From positions 1,836,769 to 1,900,768 of the forward strand of contig OZ244779.1 of NCBI GenBank assembly GCA_965219575.1: a stretch of 64,000 bases of DNA, read 5' to 3'. The position numbers were made by a program, and so were the translations under genes. A model generated the notes under the pieces. It saw nothing but the letters and a program-made list of their open reading frames with translations, ran no database searches and was not told where the DNA came from. This DNA is from Candidatus Oxydemutatoraceae bacterium (GTDB taxonomy: Bacteria > Pseudomonadota > Gammaproteobacteria > Poriferisulfidales > Oxydemutatoraceae). Shown here piece by piece: positions 1 through 10,251 of the stretch (the stretch's first letter is position 1; each line of letters starts with the position of its first letter).

Positions 1-2
1 AA

Positions 3-98
3 AGAAACTACTTAATTTATGCCGGAAAAGAAAAGCAAATTAGAGGCGATTGCTCTATTTTGCCTTGCTGGGACATCGATAAAATTTTAGGTACTTAA
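3..98 (+). CDS. 3' end of a gene truncated by the window edge, probably an AAA_14/DUF4143 ATP-binding protein
   Basis: Manual translation RNYLIYAGKEKQIRGDCSILPCWDIDKILGT* resembles DUF4143 C-termini; the stop directly abuts a repeat element. Confidence 0.45.
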   Translation, partial: RNYLIYAGKEKQIRGDCSILPCWDIDKILGT

Positions 99-373
99 GG
101 CTGTTGAAAAAGTGCGGGCATCGCACATTAGAACCGCCGATTGAGCCGGTAGGTCAACCGGCAATTCTGATGTCTATCCTTAAGTACCGTCATGCGCAAT
201 ACCAGCCGCCCTGTGCCAACAAATTATGGTTTCCATAGATTAAATGGATGAATGTGTAAATCGTGCAGGCGCAACGCGTTACGGGCAGAACAGAGCCGCC
301 GATTGAGCCAGTAGGTCAATCGGCAATTTTGATGTCCGCCCCTACCACTCTATGAAATACTTTTTCAACAGCC
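99..373. repeat. MITE-like composite repeat, copy A
   Basis: Ends GGCTGTTGAAAAAGT...ACTTTTTCAACAGCC are inverted; contains two GCCGATTGAGCC(G/A)GTAGGTCAA(C/T)CGGC hairpins and a GTCCGCCCCTAC REP-like motif; similar to 5457-5663 and 10252-10601. Confidence 0.85.
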
Positions 374-496
374 CCGCGACACGACCACCCCGTCAGGCTG
401 CACCGACATTATATTGGGGGAGGATCAATTTCGTAGTTTATATCGTGGTTTTTGCATGTTTAGAAAAGCATGTCAGCCCTCTTTACAGGATTACGA

Positions 497-1636
497 TTAT
501 AGTTTGATGCCGTCGAAAAAGTCTTTGATTACCGGCGCAAATTGATCAGCATCCACGAGAAAAGAATCGTGCCCGTAGTTTGAATCCAATTCAACCAAGT
601 CTACCGACTTACCGGCTTTTTGAAGTCCTTCGGCGATTTCACGCTGCTGTTCGAAAGGAAATAATATATCGGTGTCGACACCGATAACCAAAGAATGCTT
701 GGCGTGTACGTGTGCAAGTCCGGCATTGACCGAACCGCCGTGCTCGGCAACATCGAATAAGTCCATTGCGCGCGATAAATAGAGGTAGCAGTTTGCGTCA
801 AACTGGGAAACAAATTTTCGGGCGTTGTAATCCAAATAAGATTCTATTTCAAACTCTAGACCGAATGGCTCAAGCGAACGTCGCTTGGCCGAGACTCTGG
901 CTCGGTTAAAACGGTAGCGCCATTCGGAAGCCGAACGATACGACATTAAGCCTAGTTTCCTCGCCAGTACCATCCCGCAACTAGGTTCGTCATCGATAGG
1001 ATAATGTCCATCGTTCCAGTTCGGGTCGCAGCGTATGATTTCTCGCTGCAAAGAACGCACCGCAATGGTAAAAGGCAATGCCCTGGTTGCAGCAGAAATG
1101 CAAACAAAGTAGTCCAACTCTTGCGGATACTGCAACGCATAAGCCAAGGCACTCATCCCACCCATAGAAGCACCGACTACTGCGAGCAAATGATCTATGC
1201 CCAGATCGTTCAGCGCATGGTGCGCGGATTTCGCAATATCCTCTATACTCAGTTCGGGAAAATCGATACCGTATGCTTTACCGGTTCGTGGATCGACCGA
1301 TCGGGGTGATGTGGAACCGTAACAACTCCCTAATGAATTGACGCAAATTACATAAAAATGATCGGTATCTATGGGTTTGTTCGAACCTACCATATACTCC
1401 CACCACCCGACGGATGTATCTTCGGGCGACGAACAGGCGTGCGCAGTAGGCGATAAACCGGTGAACAGCAATACGACATTGTCGTGGTTGGGTGACAATT
1501 GACCCCATGCTTCGTACGCGATTTGTACCTCGGGCAATCGTCCGCCTCGGTACATTAAAAAGTCGCTGGTTCCGTAATCGCCGGACAATTTGATACACTT
1601 CGTCGCCGGAGGAATGTAGACTGCATTTTCTTCCAT
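497..1636 (-). CDS. metX: MetX-family O-acyltransferase (homoserine or serine O-acetyl/succinyltransferase)
   Basis: GASMGG nucleophile elbow, GHDSFL catalytic His, TGLSPTAHA, DANCYLYLSRAMD. Confidence 0.85.
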   Translation of the reverse strand: MEENAVYIPPATKCIKLSGDYGTSDFLMYRGGRLPEVQIAYEAWGQLSPNHDNVVLLFTGLSPTAHACSSPEDTSVGWWEYMVGSNKPIDTDHFYVICVNSLGSCYGSTSPRSVDPRTGKAYGIDFPELSIEDIAKSAHHALNDLGIDHLLAVVGASMGGMSALAYALQYPQELDYFVCISAATRALPFTIAVRSLQREIIRCDPNWNDGHYPIDDEPSCGMVLARKLGLMSYRSASEWRYRFNRARVSAKRRSLEPFGLEFEIESYLDYNARKFVSQFDANCYLYLSRAMDLFDVAEHGGSVNAGLAHVHAKHSLVIGVDTDILFPFEQQREIAEGLQKAGKSVDLVELDSNYGHDSFLVDADQFAPVIKDFFDGIKL

Positions 1637-1685
1637 CGCTATTTACCCTTTACCTTAGCTTAAACGAGGTTTTTTAATATCGTCG

Positions 1686-2090
1686 CTAATTCCGCTTGCA
1701 TGTTTTTATGGAGCTCACATAAACGATCGCAATCAAACCGACGCCTAGCATGGTCAACCTGCCGAGTTGTGTTTCCATAAATAGAAATGCAGATGTAGAG
1801 AATGCTATCGCCAATGTCAGGACAAACAAAATCTTATGCTTGAGCTCCAAGCATCTATCACGCTCCCATTTGAGTATCGCCGGCCCGACATGGCGATTCT
1901 CCACGAGCAGTTTGCGGAATCTAGGCGAAGTGCGCGCATAGCAAGCCGCTGCGACCACCAAAAAAGGAGAGGTCGGAACCACCGGTAGTATTAATGCGAT
2001 CAATCCGAATAACAAAGAGAGATGCCCGACGAGCAAGATGAACCAACTTTTGAGCGAACGACTCTCCATCGTGGTTTGTAATTCGTTCAT
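1686..2090 (-). CDS. YbaN/DUF454 membrane protein
   Basis: LPVVPTSPFLVVAAACYARTSPRF motif; start re-placed at ATG 2090 overlapping the upstream stop. Confidence 0.85.
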   Translation of the reverse strand: MNELQTTMESRSLKSWFILLVGHLSLLFGLIALILPVVPTSPFLVVAAACYARTSPRFRKLLVENRHVGPAILKWERDRCLELKHKILFVLTLAIAFSTSAFLFMETQLGRLTMLGVGLIAIVYVSSIKTCKRN

Positions 2091-2452
2091 CGTTGTAGTG
2101 CGATGCGCTTCAGTAAATCTTCCATTTCGGGCTGCTTGCCGACGTAGTCGCATATCCGCATATCGATATGCGGATAGCGATTGCGTTGTTCCGCTACTAT
2201 CCCGGGAATGTCGTCGGCGATATGTTTGCCTGCCGCTAAAAAATAAGGCAACAGAATTATCTCGTCGATGCCGTCGTCGGCACATCGTTGTATGCCGTCG
2301 GCTATCGAAGGCTCGGTAAGTTCTAAAAACACACAATCTATAAGATCGAAGTGCGCTCGTATCTTGCCTCTCAATCTATCGGTTAAATTGCGGATCTCGT
2401 CGTTTGAATATTGTCGGTTGCTACCGTGTGCAATAAGTAAAAGTGCTTTCAT
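2087..2452 (-). CDS. CbiX/SirB-type chelatase (short form)
   Basis: IAHGS, FLELTEPSI, PYFLAAGKH motifs. Confidence 0.88.
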   Translation of the reverse strand: MKALLLIAHGSNRQYSNDEIRNLTDRLRGKIRAHFDLIDCVFLELTEPSIADGIQRCADDGIDEIILLPYFLAAGKHIADDIPGIVAEQRNRYPHIDMRICDYVGKQPEMEDLLKRIALQR

Positions 2453-2504
2453 GGTTCTTAGGATAATGATAAAATTGTTTTATTATATTATACTCCTACA
2501 AACA

Positions 2505-3170
2505 ATGGCATACCGAAAAAGATACACTTGTTTATTTATCTTGATAGCCACGATTGCATTTACCGGGTGCAGCGGGGGTAAAGTCAAAAACCTCGCTAAA
2601 ACCGATATAGACATCGTTGCCGACACCATAGTCAACAACCTAGACGATTATATCTTGCGATTGGCACACGAGCTATATAGAACAAACCCCGAAGAATTAG
2701 CCAAATCTCGCAACTTTAGCTTAGAGCAGCGTCTCAACCAAATCGTTGATTACCCCGTTGAAGTCGCCTACCGAGAAATCGACAACAAACGGCAAGTCAA
2801 GGCGATCGAGCTTGCGTTGGACGATTCTTACGACGGCGATAGAGTCTTTGCGTTGATGATCGGCATCAGTAGCATGATTCGAATTTCATACGATAACCAA
2901 CGGGAATTCTTCATCTTTGATTCTATAGACCCTCAAAAGCTATACGACAGTAGCTACAACCTGCAACTGTTAAAACAAAAACTTTTGAATATGTCGCCCA
3001 AGCTATTTCGTATAGATACAAATTACGGTGATACCAATAACGCCTATGCCCTAATAGAAAAAATCGGCACGACCCAAGATCTTATGTCGCACATTATTTC
3101 CGATAAAACCAGCCGAGTGATCAACAAAACCATAATCGGTACCGCAACCGCTTTCGTTCCTATCATATAA
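2505..3170 (+). CDS. Putative lipoprotein, function unknown
   Basis: Likely start MAYRKRY...; hydrophobic stretch followed by lipobox FTG-C. Confidence 0.65.
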   Translation: MAYRKRYTCLFILIATIAFTGCSGGKVKNLAKTDIDIVADTIVNNLDDYILRLAHELYRTNPEELAKSRNFSLEQRLNQIVDYPVEVAYREIDNKRQVKAIELALDDSYDGDRVFALMIGISSMIRISYDNQREFFIFDSIDPQKLYDSSYNLQLLKQKLLNMSPKLFRIDTNYGDTNNAYALIEKIGTTQDLMSHIISDKTSRVINKTIIGTATAFVPII

Positions 3171-3193
3171 CTTTGTACTCGTGCAGATGTGCA

Positions 3194-3291
3194 GGGGCTG
3201 TTGAAAAAGTATCCACGAACTGTAGGAACGGTACATTCCTCTCCTTCGGAGGGGTGGCAGGTGCAGCCTAACGGGGTGGTCTTAAAAATGA
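3194..3291. repeat. Repeat-family end plus GC-rich hairpin module
   Basis: GGGGCTGTTGAAAAAGTATCC followed by ...GGAGGGGTGGCAGG...ACGGGGTGGTC; the reverse complement of this module recurs near 383 and 7019. Confidence 0.7.
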
Positions 3292-3579
3292 GGGTGTAAT
3301 CTTCTTCAACGCCACATCTGTAAGGCACCCGGAAACCTACAAATTTACAAAAAAAATGAAATGGTTAGCCGAGGATAAGTATAATATCCCGTTTTTCTGG
3401 ATTGAGCATCAAACCTATGAGGATACGGGCAGATATGGATGGAAGCTATATTCTTTTAGATCATAAACAGACTAGTTAGGCGCAGATACGTCAGAACCCT
3501 GTTCAAGGCTTGATCTAATGAGGAGATTCTCAATCGGTAAACGCAGGATAAAATGCTACACAATGACAAGTTTAGGTTG

Positions 3580-3702
3580 GACTCCGGCTGGAGTGTCATG
3601 GTGAGTTCAGAGCGGGAGATTTCCTGCCTCTTGAATAAACTGACGACCGAATCTATGACAGCTTTTTGGTAATCCAGAATCGTCTTCAAAATGGAGTTTC
3701 AT
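3580..3702 (-). pseudogene. N-terminal remnant of a type III restriction (Res) subunit, frameshifted and truncated
   Basis: ATG 3702 gives MKLHFEDD, then a +1 frameshift gives LDYQKAVIDSVVSLFKRQEISRSE, typical of Res N-termini; the 3' limit is approximate. Confidence 0.6.
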
Positions 3703-3712
3703 GTTATGCACT

Positions 3713-5263
3713 TTATGCACTCAGCCTCCAGTTTTCATGCAAGACTTTAAGCAATTCACTTTGATAACTTTGCAGGTGTTCCGGTGTCCACTGCTTAGCA
3801 CCCAACGCTTTTAATGTTAATGCGTAGGCTGGTACTTTGTCCGTACCAGAGGAGTAGGCCTCCTTTTTCTTCTCAAATCCCCAATTCTTCGCCGATGCGT
3901 TACGGTTTTGGCCGAGAGGAATCAGATTCGCGAGGCGATGTACCCACTCTTTGTGATTTTCATCAGACCATGAGTTTGCCCACTCGGTATTATTTATCGT
4001 TTGCGGTAGAACATGCTCAATAGTCAGCTTTCTACCATCGTATGAGGTAGCACCATCCGAAATAAAAGAATCAAGGCGAAGGATCAGGTAGTTTCTTCGT
4101 TTTGCAGTGAGTTTATCATAGATATTTTCGTTCAACGCCTCACGCATTTTTTCTTTTTCCATCTCGGTCAATTCAACGGCTTGGACGGGAGAGTTAAGTG
4201 AATTTTCGCCCTCCAATGCTTCTATAACATCGCTGTAGCACTTGATCCTGTGGTTAACGCTCAGGCCGCATATATGCATATAGGCTGCCAAACGCTCAAG
4301 ACTATTGAAAAACTGCGCAACGTATTTTGGATTTTCATTTCCAGAAAGAAACAGTATCGCCACCGGTATCCAGTCCGAGTTATCAATACGGTTAAGCCAA
4401 TAAAGGTATGTATTTACTTCTTCAGCGTAGGATTTGGCTTTGTAGTTGTTAGAGTAAACCGTTGCCAAAGCACTTGCATAAGGTTCTAATTCTTCAATAA
4501 GTGCTTTAGGCTCGACTTTACTAAGCACATAGTTTCTAAACTCATCTAGAAGGGGCTTCCTCGCCTTCTCTTTGGCATAAATCATTCGAACATAGGTGAA
4601 CAGGTTGTTGAAGCCATCACGACCTAATTCGTGCTCCATATTTTGCCATCGCTCGTTGTGTTCATCTTGCTCTTCGTCCGTAGCGAACTCGCCGATAATG
4701 TCTGCCTTAATGATGTCTGTCGGCTTAAGATCAAGTCCACGATCATTTAGGACTGAAAACACACGGAAAGCTGAATCCTTACTTGACGCAATTACGACAA
4801 CAAGATAGCAGTTATTAACCAAAAAAGTCACAAAATCAAAGATGCTATTAGCATCGTTACCAAAATTTTCCTTGATTTTCAGGAGAAGTGATTGGCTGTT
4901 TTTTTTGATGTTTCTTTGAGATTCGGTTTTAAACTCTTCTTCGTTAAGACCTTTTAGCTTATCAAAATCTAGTTTTTGTATGTGATCCAAGAAAAATTGA
5001 TTGTCATTTTTTTCCCCTAACGTCAGGCGGGGTTTAGACTCTAATTTTTGGGTTTCTTTTCCGGGTTCGATAATATACTCATTAACAATTTCCTCCTGCT
5101 TGGGCTCTTACTCAGACTTGTAGAAATCAAAAAGATCATCGAAAAGTGCTTCAGTATGCTCTTGCTCCCACGCATAAGGCCTTTGATAGGGCGGAACGAC
5201 GAAAAAGTGAGATCCGAATATTTCTAACAAGGGCTGTTCCTCAGCACTGATTGTCTCGCTCAT
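3713..5263 (-). pseudogene. GmrSD-type (DUF262/DUF1524) type IV restriction nuclease, inactivated
   Basis: MSET...VPPYQRPYAW from 5263; in-frame TAA at 5108-5110; DGQQR motif absent; downstream FSVLNDRG and the HNH-like TIEHVLPQ...LANL...N are retained. Confidence 0.8.
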
Positions 5264-5456
5264 GACATTACCTCATTTTTAGGGCTATCTAAGTCACTTG
5301 GCTCATCGCTAGTACCGTCAAAGCTAAAAAGTATGGTTTTAGAGTTTGCCATTTTATCATCTCCTCAAAAAGTTAATGTTTTACCTATTTACAAAGCCTG
5401 TCTATTATTTGAAAACATATTATCACTAGCAACATGCTCGCTAGGTATTATATATC

Positions 5457-5663
5457 GGGCTGTTGAAAAAGTGCGGCATCGTACGAATCCAATCACTTGC
5501 GCCATTTGGTTTTGGTTTCCATAAATTGGATGGATGAATGTATAAATCGTGTAGGCACAACGCGTTACGGGCGGACATGTTAGTCCGCCCCTACAGGTGG
5601 GTTGGATAATTATGCGGCGCAAGCGGTTACGGTTTTGCAGAACAGTATTTTTTCAACAGTCCC
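5457..5663. repeat. MITE-like composite repeat, copy B
   Basis: GGGCTGTTGAAAAAGTG...TTTTTCAACAGTCCC ends; shares the internal TGGTTTCCATAAATTGGATGGATGAATGTATAAATCG block; GGGCGGAC...GTCCGCCCCTAC hairpin. Confidence 0.85.
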
Positions 5664-5719
5664 ATATTAATTCACTTAAAAATGAGATTGTTGAAAAAGT
5701 ATCTACGAACCGTAAAAGC

Positions 5720-5914
5720 AGGCTTCAACGGTTGCCTGAACCAATTCTGGTTTCGTTCAATAAAAGAGGCAAGAGAGATTATAGAAAACTGGCGCACAGA
5801 TTATAATGAAGTCCGTCCGCACAGCGCACTAAGGTATCAACCCCCGAGTGTACTTGCGGAGGCAACAGCATGAAAACTGGCTTTGCAGGTAATCCTAAAA
5901 ATGGAAGAACGTCA
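5720..5914 (+). mobile_element. IS3-family remnant (3' end of transposase and right IR) nested in a repeat copy
   Basis: CLNQFWFRSIKEAREIIENWRTDYNEVRPHSAL is the IS3 integrase-core C-terminus; IR-like end ...GGAAGAACGTCA; repeat-family sequence on both sides. Confidence 0.8.
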
Positions 5915-5979
5915 CGATTATGGTTTCCATGGATTAAATGGGTAAATGTATCAATCGTTCACAAAATGCAAAATCGGAT

Positions 5980-6288
5980 TTAACTGCCGTTCTGCAATAC
6001 GACATACTCTTTCTTAATGTTTTTCTTAAAACTATCGGGGATATTTTCCCAATCCATAATATCTACCGAAACTAGAATATCGCTCTTTGAAAAATTCTCT
6101 CTTAGTTCATAAATCTCATCGGAACTACAGTCAAAAACGACCAAATCTAAGTCGGATGTCTCCCGAGCTTCCTGTGTGATGCGAGATCCGTAGACCCAAA
6201 CTTTTTTATTCGGAATATACCGGTTGATGATTTCCTTGACCATTCGGAGTTGATCCGCGTCCAAATCTATAAGTCGCTCATCGGTCAT
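5980..6288 (-). CDS. Minimal nucleotidyltransferase (MNT) antitoxin
   Basis: VYGSR...SDLDL motif, VDIMD; start MTDER overlaps the upstream HEPN gene. Confidence 0.85.
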   Translation of the reverse strand: MTDERLIDLDADQLRMVKEIINRYIPNKKVWVYGSRITQEARETSDLDLVVFDCSSDEIYELRENFSKSDILVSVDIMDWENIPDSFKKNIKKEYVVLQNGS

Positions 6289-6703
6289 TTCTATTTGCCA
6301 TTTTCTTGTAGATTGCCTCGCAATCTTCAATGAAGCCTCCTATCTTATCCAGTGCCTGCATCGCTTTTTCTATGCTGTAGTCATGTGCGGCATTTCCTCT
6401 GATTTTGTTATATTCAACTAGCCGCCGATGCGTTTCTTTATTTATTAGAAGATCCTCGTGTGCGCGGCGAAAAATGGGAATCGGTGAGTTTTCTAACTCC
6501 ACCAAACCGTTTTCTTTCAAGTATTTCTTTATGTGTTTCCATAAAGTGTCATAACAAATCTCAAAACATTTAATAACCGAATTTTTGACGGCACGTCGGT
6601 TGACCTCGGATAAGTTTTGTTCGTCCAAAGTCAAAAAACTTCCGTATTGTGCTTTCAATTCGCCAAGCGATTTATCTAATTTCTCATAATTGGTTTCGTT
6701 CAT
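6278..6703 (-). CDS. HEPN / nucleotidyltransferase substrate-binding toxin (HI0074-like)
   Basis: IKCFEICYDTLWK and RGNAAHDY (R-x4-H) motifs. Confidence 0.85.
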   Translation of the reverse strand: MNETNYEKLDKSLGELKAQYGSFLTLDEQNLSEVNRRAVKNSVIKCFEICYDTLWKHIKKYLKENGLVELENSPIPIFRRAHEDLLINKETHRRLVEYNKIRGNAAHDYSIEKAMQALDKIGGFIEDCEAIYKKMANRNDR

Positions 6704-6774
6704 TTAGTTTTCCTCTGGTGCAGGGTGGGCATTTAAGTTTACCCTTAAAAATGCAAACATTATGCCACAGTAAA

Positions 6775-7070
6775 CTGCCGATTGAGCCAGTAGGTCAATA
6801 GGCGTGACATTGTGCAGAACCTTAGCGTGCTAGGTAGCTCATACATTACAAAATACAATATCCGCCGGTTGAGCCAGTAGGTCAATCGGCGTGACATTGT
6901 GCAGAACTTTAGGGGCTGCTGAAAAAGTGCGGACATCGCACAAATCCAACCGCTATGCGCCATTTGATTTTGGTTTCCATAAATTGGATGAATGAATAAA
7001 ATAGTGCAGATACGCAGCGACCACCCCGTCAGGCTAATGCCTGCCACTCGTCCGGTGGTGGGGAATGGGC
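6775..7070. repeat. Composite repeat cluster
   Basis: Two GCCG(A/G)TTGAGCCAGTAGGTCAAT..GCGTGACATTGTGCAGAAC copies, an end GGGGCTGCTGAAAAAGTG at about 6912, the shared internal block, and the ACCACCCCGTCAGGCT module. Confidence 0.8.
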
Positions 7071-7094
7071 CGACACCCTACTTGTAATGTCGGG

Positions 7095-7850
7095 CTATAC
7101 CGGGTTGTCTATCTCTATGTAGCGGTGATCAATCCGAAAATGTTCGGCTAAATGTTTGCCTAAGGCTTGTACTCCGTAGCGTTCGGTAGCGTGATGGCCG
7201 GCAGCGTAGTAGTGTATGCCCTCTTCCCTGGCAATATGCACCGTTCTCTCGGAAATCTCGCCGCTAATATAAGCATCCAAACCCAAGCGCGCCGCATCTT
7301 CTATGCAATCTTGTGCGGCACCGGTGCAGAGTCCCACGGTTTCAATTTGTGAACCACCGCCGGCTATCAGTTGCGGCGGTCTGGACAAAACCTGCTCTAT
7401 TTTTTTCGCTAAGGCATCGGCACTGCACGGTGATACGGTACCGTGCCTCGCCAACTCGATGCCACCTAAATCACCGAAGGTGCCTTTGAGGGAAATGCCT
7501 AATCGCTTTGCCAGCTGCACATTGTTTCCGACTTCGTCGTGGGCATCCAGAGGAATATGGTAAGCGAGCAATCCGATATCGTTCTTTAACAAAGTGCGCA
7601 GTCGCTTTGCTTTCATCCCGAGTATCGCAGGATTTTCGTTGCGCCAAAAATAACCGTGATGCACCAGCAACACATCACCGTCATTCTCTATCGTAGCGTC
7701 TATTAAGGCTTGCGCAGCGGTAACCCCCGATACGATGCAACGAATAACACGCGTGCTGCCAACCTGTAAACCATTAGGAGCATAATCGTTGAAGCGTCCT
7801 ACCTGCAGATATCGATCGGCATAACTTGCGATATCGTTCAACGATGTCAT
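7095..7850 (-). CDS. ybgI: Nif3-like dinuclear metal centre protein (YbgI)
   Basis: DYAPNGLQV, VHHG, YHIPLDAH, AGHHATE motifs. Confidence 0.93.
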   Translation of the reverse strand: MTSLNDIASYADRYLQVGRFNDYAPNGLQVGSTRVIRCIVSGVTAAQALIDATIENDGDVLLVHHGYFWRNENPAILGMKAKRLRTLLKNDIGLLAYHIPLDAHDEVGNNVQLAKRLGISLKGTFGDLGGIELARHGTVSPCSADALAKKIEQVLSRPPQLIAGGGSQIETVGLCTGAAQDCIEDAARLGLDAYISGEISERTVHIAREEGIHYYAAGHHATERYGVQALGKHLAEHFRIDHRYIEIDNPV

Positions 7851-9154
7851 GGTTCTACTATGCGGCTTCGTGCGGCAGCGGCGTGCGCATACAAACCTTC
7901 GGCGGTGGCGAGTGTTTCGGCTATCTCTGCCAGATGTGCTGCGGCCTTTGCATTACACTGCACGATACTCGTGCGTTTTTGAAAATCATAGACACCCAAC
8001 GGAGAAGAGAAGCGCGCACTGCCGCCGGTGGGCAACACATGGTTTGAACCCGCACAATAATCCCCCAATACCTCGCAGCTATAGGAACCTATAAAAACGG
8101 CTCCGGCATTTTTTATATAGTCTATCCATTGCTCGGCATCGTCCACCGCAAGCTCTAAATGTTCGGGCGCAATTGCATTGGCTATTCGTATTGCGTGTTG
8201 CAAATCGGCAACCTTGACCAACAAGCCGTTATTATTGAGCGCAGCTTCTATTACTGTATTGCGTGCCATCGTCGGTAGCAAGCGATCTATTTCGGAACGC
8301 ACCTGAGCCAAATAATCCGCATCGGGGCATAACAATATCGCACGCGCACGCTCGTCGTGTTCGGCTTGTGAAAATAAATCGAGTGCAAGCCACGACGCTT
8401 GCGTAGTACCGTCGGCGACGATTAAAATCTCGGAAGGTCCGGCAACCATGTCTATACCCACTCTGCCGAACACTTGACGTTTGGCTTCGTTGACATAAGC
8501 GTTTCCGGGTCCGACAATTTTAGAGACCGGAGTAATCGTTCGGGTGCCGTAAGCAAGGGCGGCAATCGCCTGCGCACCACCGATGGTATATGCTTCGTCT
8601 ATTTGCATCAATTCCAGCGCACACATCAATAACGGATTGAGGTGGCCACCGGGCGCAGGCAACATCGCAACGATACGCTCTACGCCGGCAACTTGGGCAG
8701 GGATTGCATTCATTAAAAGCGACGACGGATATGCAGCTTTGCCACCCGGTATATAAAGCCCGACCGCATCTATCGCTCCGATTTTCTGCCCTAAGCGCAC
8801 GCCGATCTCGTCTACGAATTGCCAATCTCGGCCGAGTTGTTTTTCGGCATAGCGGCGGATACGATCGGCTGCTTTGCCGAGTGCCTCCGACCATTCGGGC
8901 GATACGCTTGCGGCAAGTTGCGACCTTCGCTTCGCCGAAATGCGTAAAGCCGATACCGAGTCGGCTTTGATCTGATCGAATTGCTCGGTATAGTCCAGTA
9001 TCGCCTCGTCGTCGCGATCGCGTACATCGTCGATGATAGAGCGTACCGAATTTTCAATATCGGCACCGACAATCTGCGCGTGTGCTATGTATTTTTTTAT
9101 CTGTTCATCGAAGTCTGCGTCGGAAGCATCGAGCTGTTGCAAGGCCAGTGTCAT
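7847..9154 (-). CDS. hisD: Histidinol dehydrogenase
   Basis: YIPGGKAAYPSS, GPGNAYV, IDMVAGPSE, SQAEHD, APEHLEL; start at ATG 9154. Confidence 0.96.
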   Translation of the reverse strand: MTLALQQLDASDADFDEQIKKYIAHAQIVGADIENSVRSIIDDVRDRDDEAILDYTEQFDQIKADSVSALRISAKRRSQLAASVSPEWSEALGKAADRIRRYAEKQLGRDWQFVDEIGVRLGQKIGAIDAVGLYIPGGKAAYPSSLLMNAIPAQVAGVERIVAMLPAPGGHLNPLLMCALELMQIDEAYTIGGAQAIAALAYGTRTITPVSKIVGPGNAYVNEAKRQVFGRVGIDMVAGPSEILIVADGTTQASWLALDLFSQAEHDERARAILLCPDADYLAQVRSEIDRLLPTMARNTVIEAALNNNGLLVKVADLQHAIRIANAIAPEHLELAVDDAEQWIDYIKNAGAVFIGSYSCEVLGDYCAGSNHVLPTGGSARFSSPLGVYDFQKRTSIVQCNAKAAAHLAEIAETLATAEGLYAHAAAARSRIVEP

Positions 9155-10230
9155 TAAGCCTTTCCTGCTTGTACCGCCGAGGCAAGTATCTCCAGTACTT
9201 CGGTGGTGTCGTTCCAACCCATGCACGCATCGGTAATACTCTGCCCGTATACCAATCCTTGTTTGTCGAGCGTGCCGTCCGAATTGAATTTGAGGTCTTG
9301 CCGACCTTCTACCAAATGGCTCTCTATCATCACACCCATAATGCGTCGCTCGCCGGCTCGTAATTGCCGTGCAACATCCTCGGCAGCGATCTTCTGCCGC
9401 TCGAATTGTTTGCTACTGTTGGCATGGCTAAAATCAATCATCACTTTTTCGGCCTGTTTGCTTTCGGCGAGCAGAGTCGCTGCGTATTCGACGCTGTCGC
9501 TGTCGTAGTTGGTTTTACCGCCTCCGCCGCGCATGATGATATGGCAATCGGCATTGCCGGTTGTTGAAAAAATAGCCGAGTGTCCGCCTTTGGTCACCGA
9601 TAAAAAGTGATGCGGTTGCGAGGCCGAGCGCATCGCATCTACGGCTATTTGTATGTTGCCGTGCGTGCCGTTTTTAAATCCGACCGGACAAGATAAACCG
9701 GAAGCGAGTTCGCGGTGGGTCTGGCTCTCGGTGGTACGCGCACCTATCGCCCCCCAAGCGATCAAATCCGAAATATATTGCGGGCTAATCAAATCCAGAT
9801 ATTCGGTTGCCGCCGATACACCTTTGCTATTCAAATCCAACAACAGCTTGCGAGCAACTTTGACACCTTTGTTAATCCTAAAACTATTGTCTAAATCGGG
9901 GTCGTTGATCAAGCCTTTCCAGCCCACCGTGGTACGCGGTTTTTCAAAATACACGCGCATGACTATGTGTAGCTGATCTTCGTACTGCGCGATCAGGGGT
10001 TGCAGACGGTCGGCGTATTCAAGTGCCGCCTGCGTGTCGTGAACTGAGCAAGGACCGGCGATTACGAGCAAGCGACGATCCTCGTCGTGTAAGATATTTT
10101 TAATCGCTAGACGAGATTTATAAACACATTCCGATACCGCTTCGGTAATCGGCAAGCGGCTCGTCAAGTCCTGCGGAGCAATAAGATCTTTAATCTCGTT
10201 TATTCTTAGATCGTCTGTTTCATATTTCAT
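9154..10230 (-). CDS. aroG: DAHP synthase, class I-alpha
   Basis: GPCSVHD, RVYFEKPRTTVGWKG, IGARTTESQTHRE, DFSHANS. Confidence 0.95.
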   Translation of the reverse strand: MKYETDDLRINEIKDLIAPQDLTSRLPITEAVSECVYKSRLAIKNILHDEDRRLLVIAGPCSVHDTQAALEYADRLQPLIAQYEDQLHIVMRVYFEKPRTTVGWKGLINDPDLDNSFRINKGVKVARKLLLDLNSKGVSAATEYLDLISPQYISDLIAWGAIGARTTESQTHRELASGLSCPVGFKNGTHGNIQIAVDAMRSASQPHHFLSVTKGGHSAIFSTTGNADCHIIMRGGGGKTNYDSDSVEYAATLLAESKQAEKVMIDFSHANSSKQFERQKIAAEDVARQLRAGERRIMGVMIESHLVEGRQDLKFNSDGTLDKQGLVYGQSITDACMGWNDTTEVLEILASAVQAGKA

Positions 10231-10251
10231 TTGTGTTATTGTAGCTTATAT

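Noticed and set aside
3456-3518. TTAGATCA...TGATCTAA inverted pair as IS5-like ends
   Set aside because: Only an 8-bp match with no transposase remnant or duplication; too weak to call.
5333-5806. Short ORFs over the repeats (also 3044-3328, 6760-7047, 10220-10542)
   Set aside because: They are translations of the repeat itself (recurring LFQQP, FFNSP, HPIYGNQ peptides).
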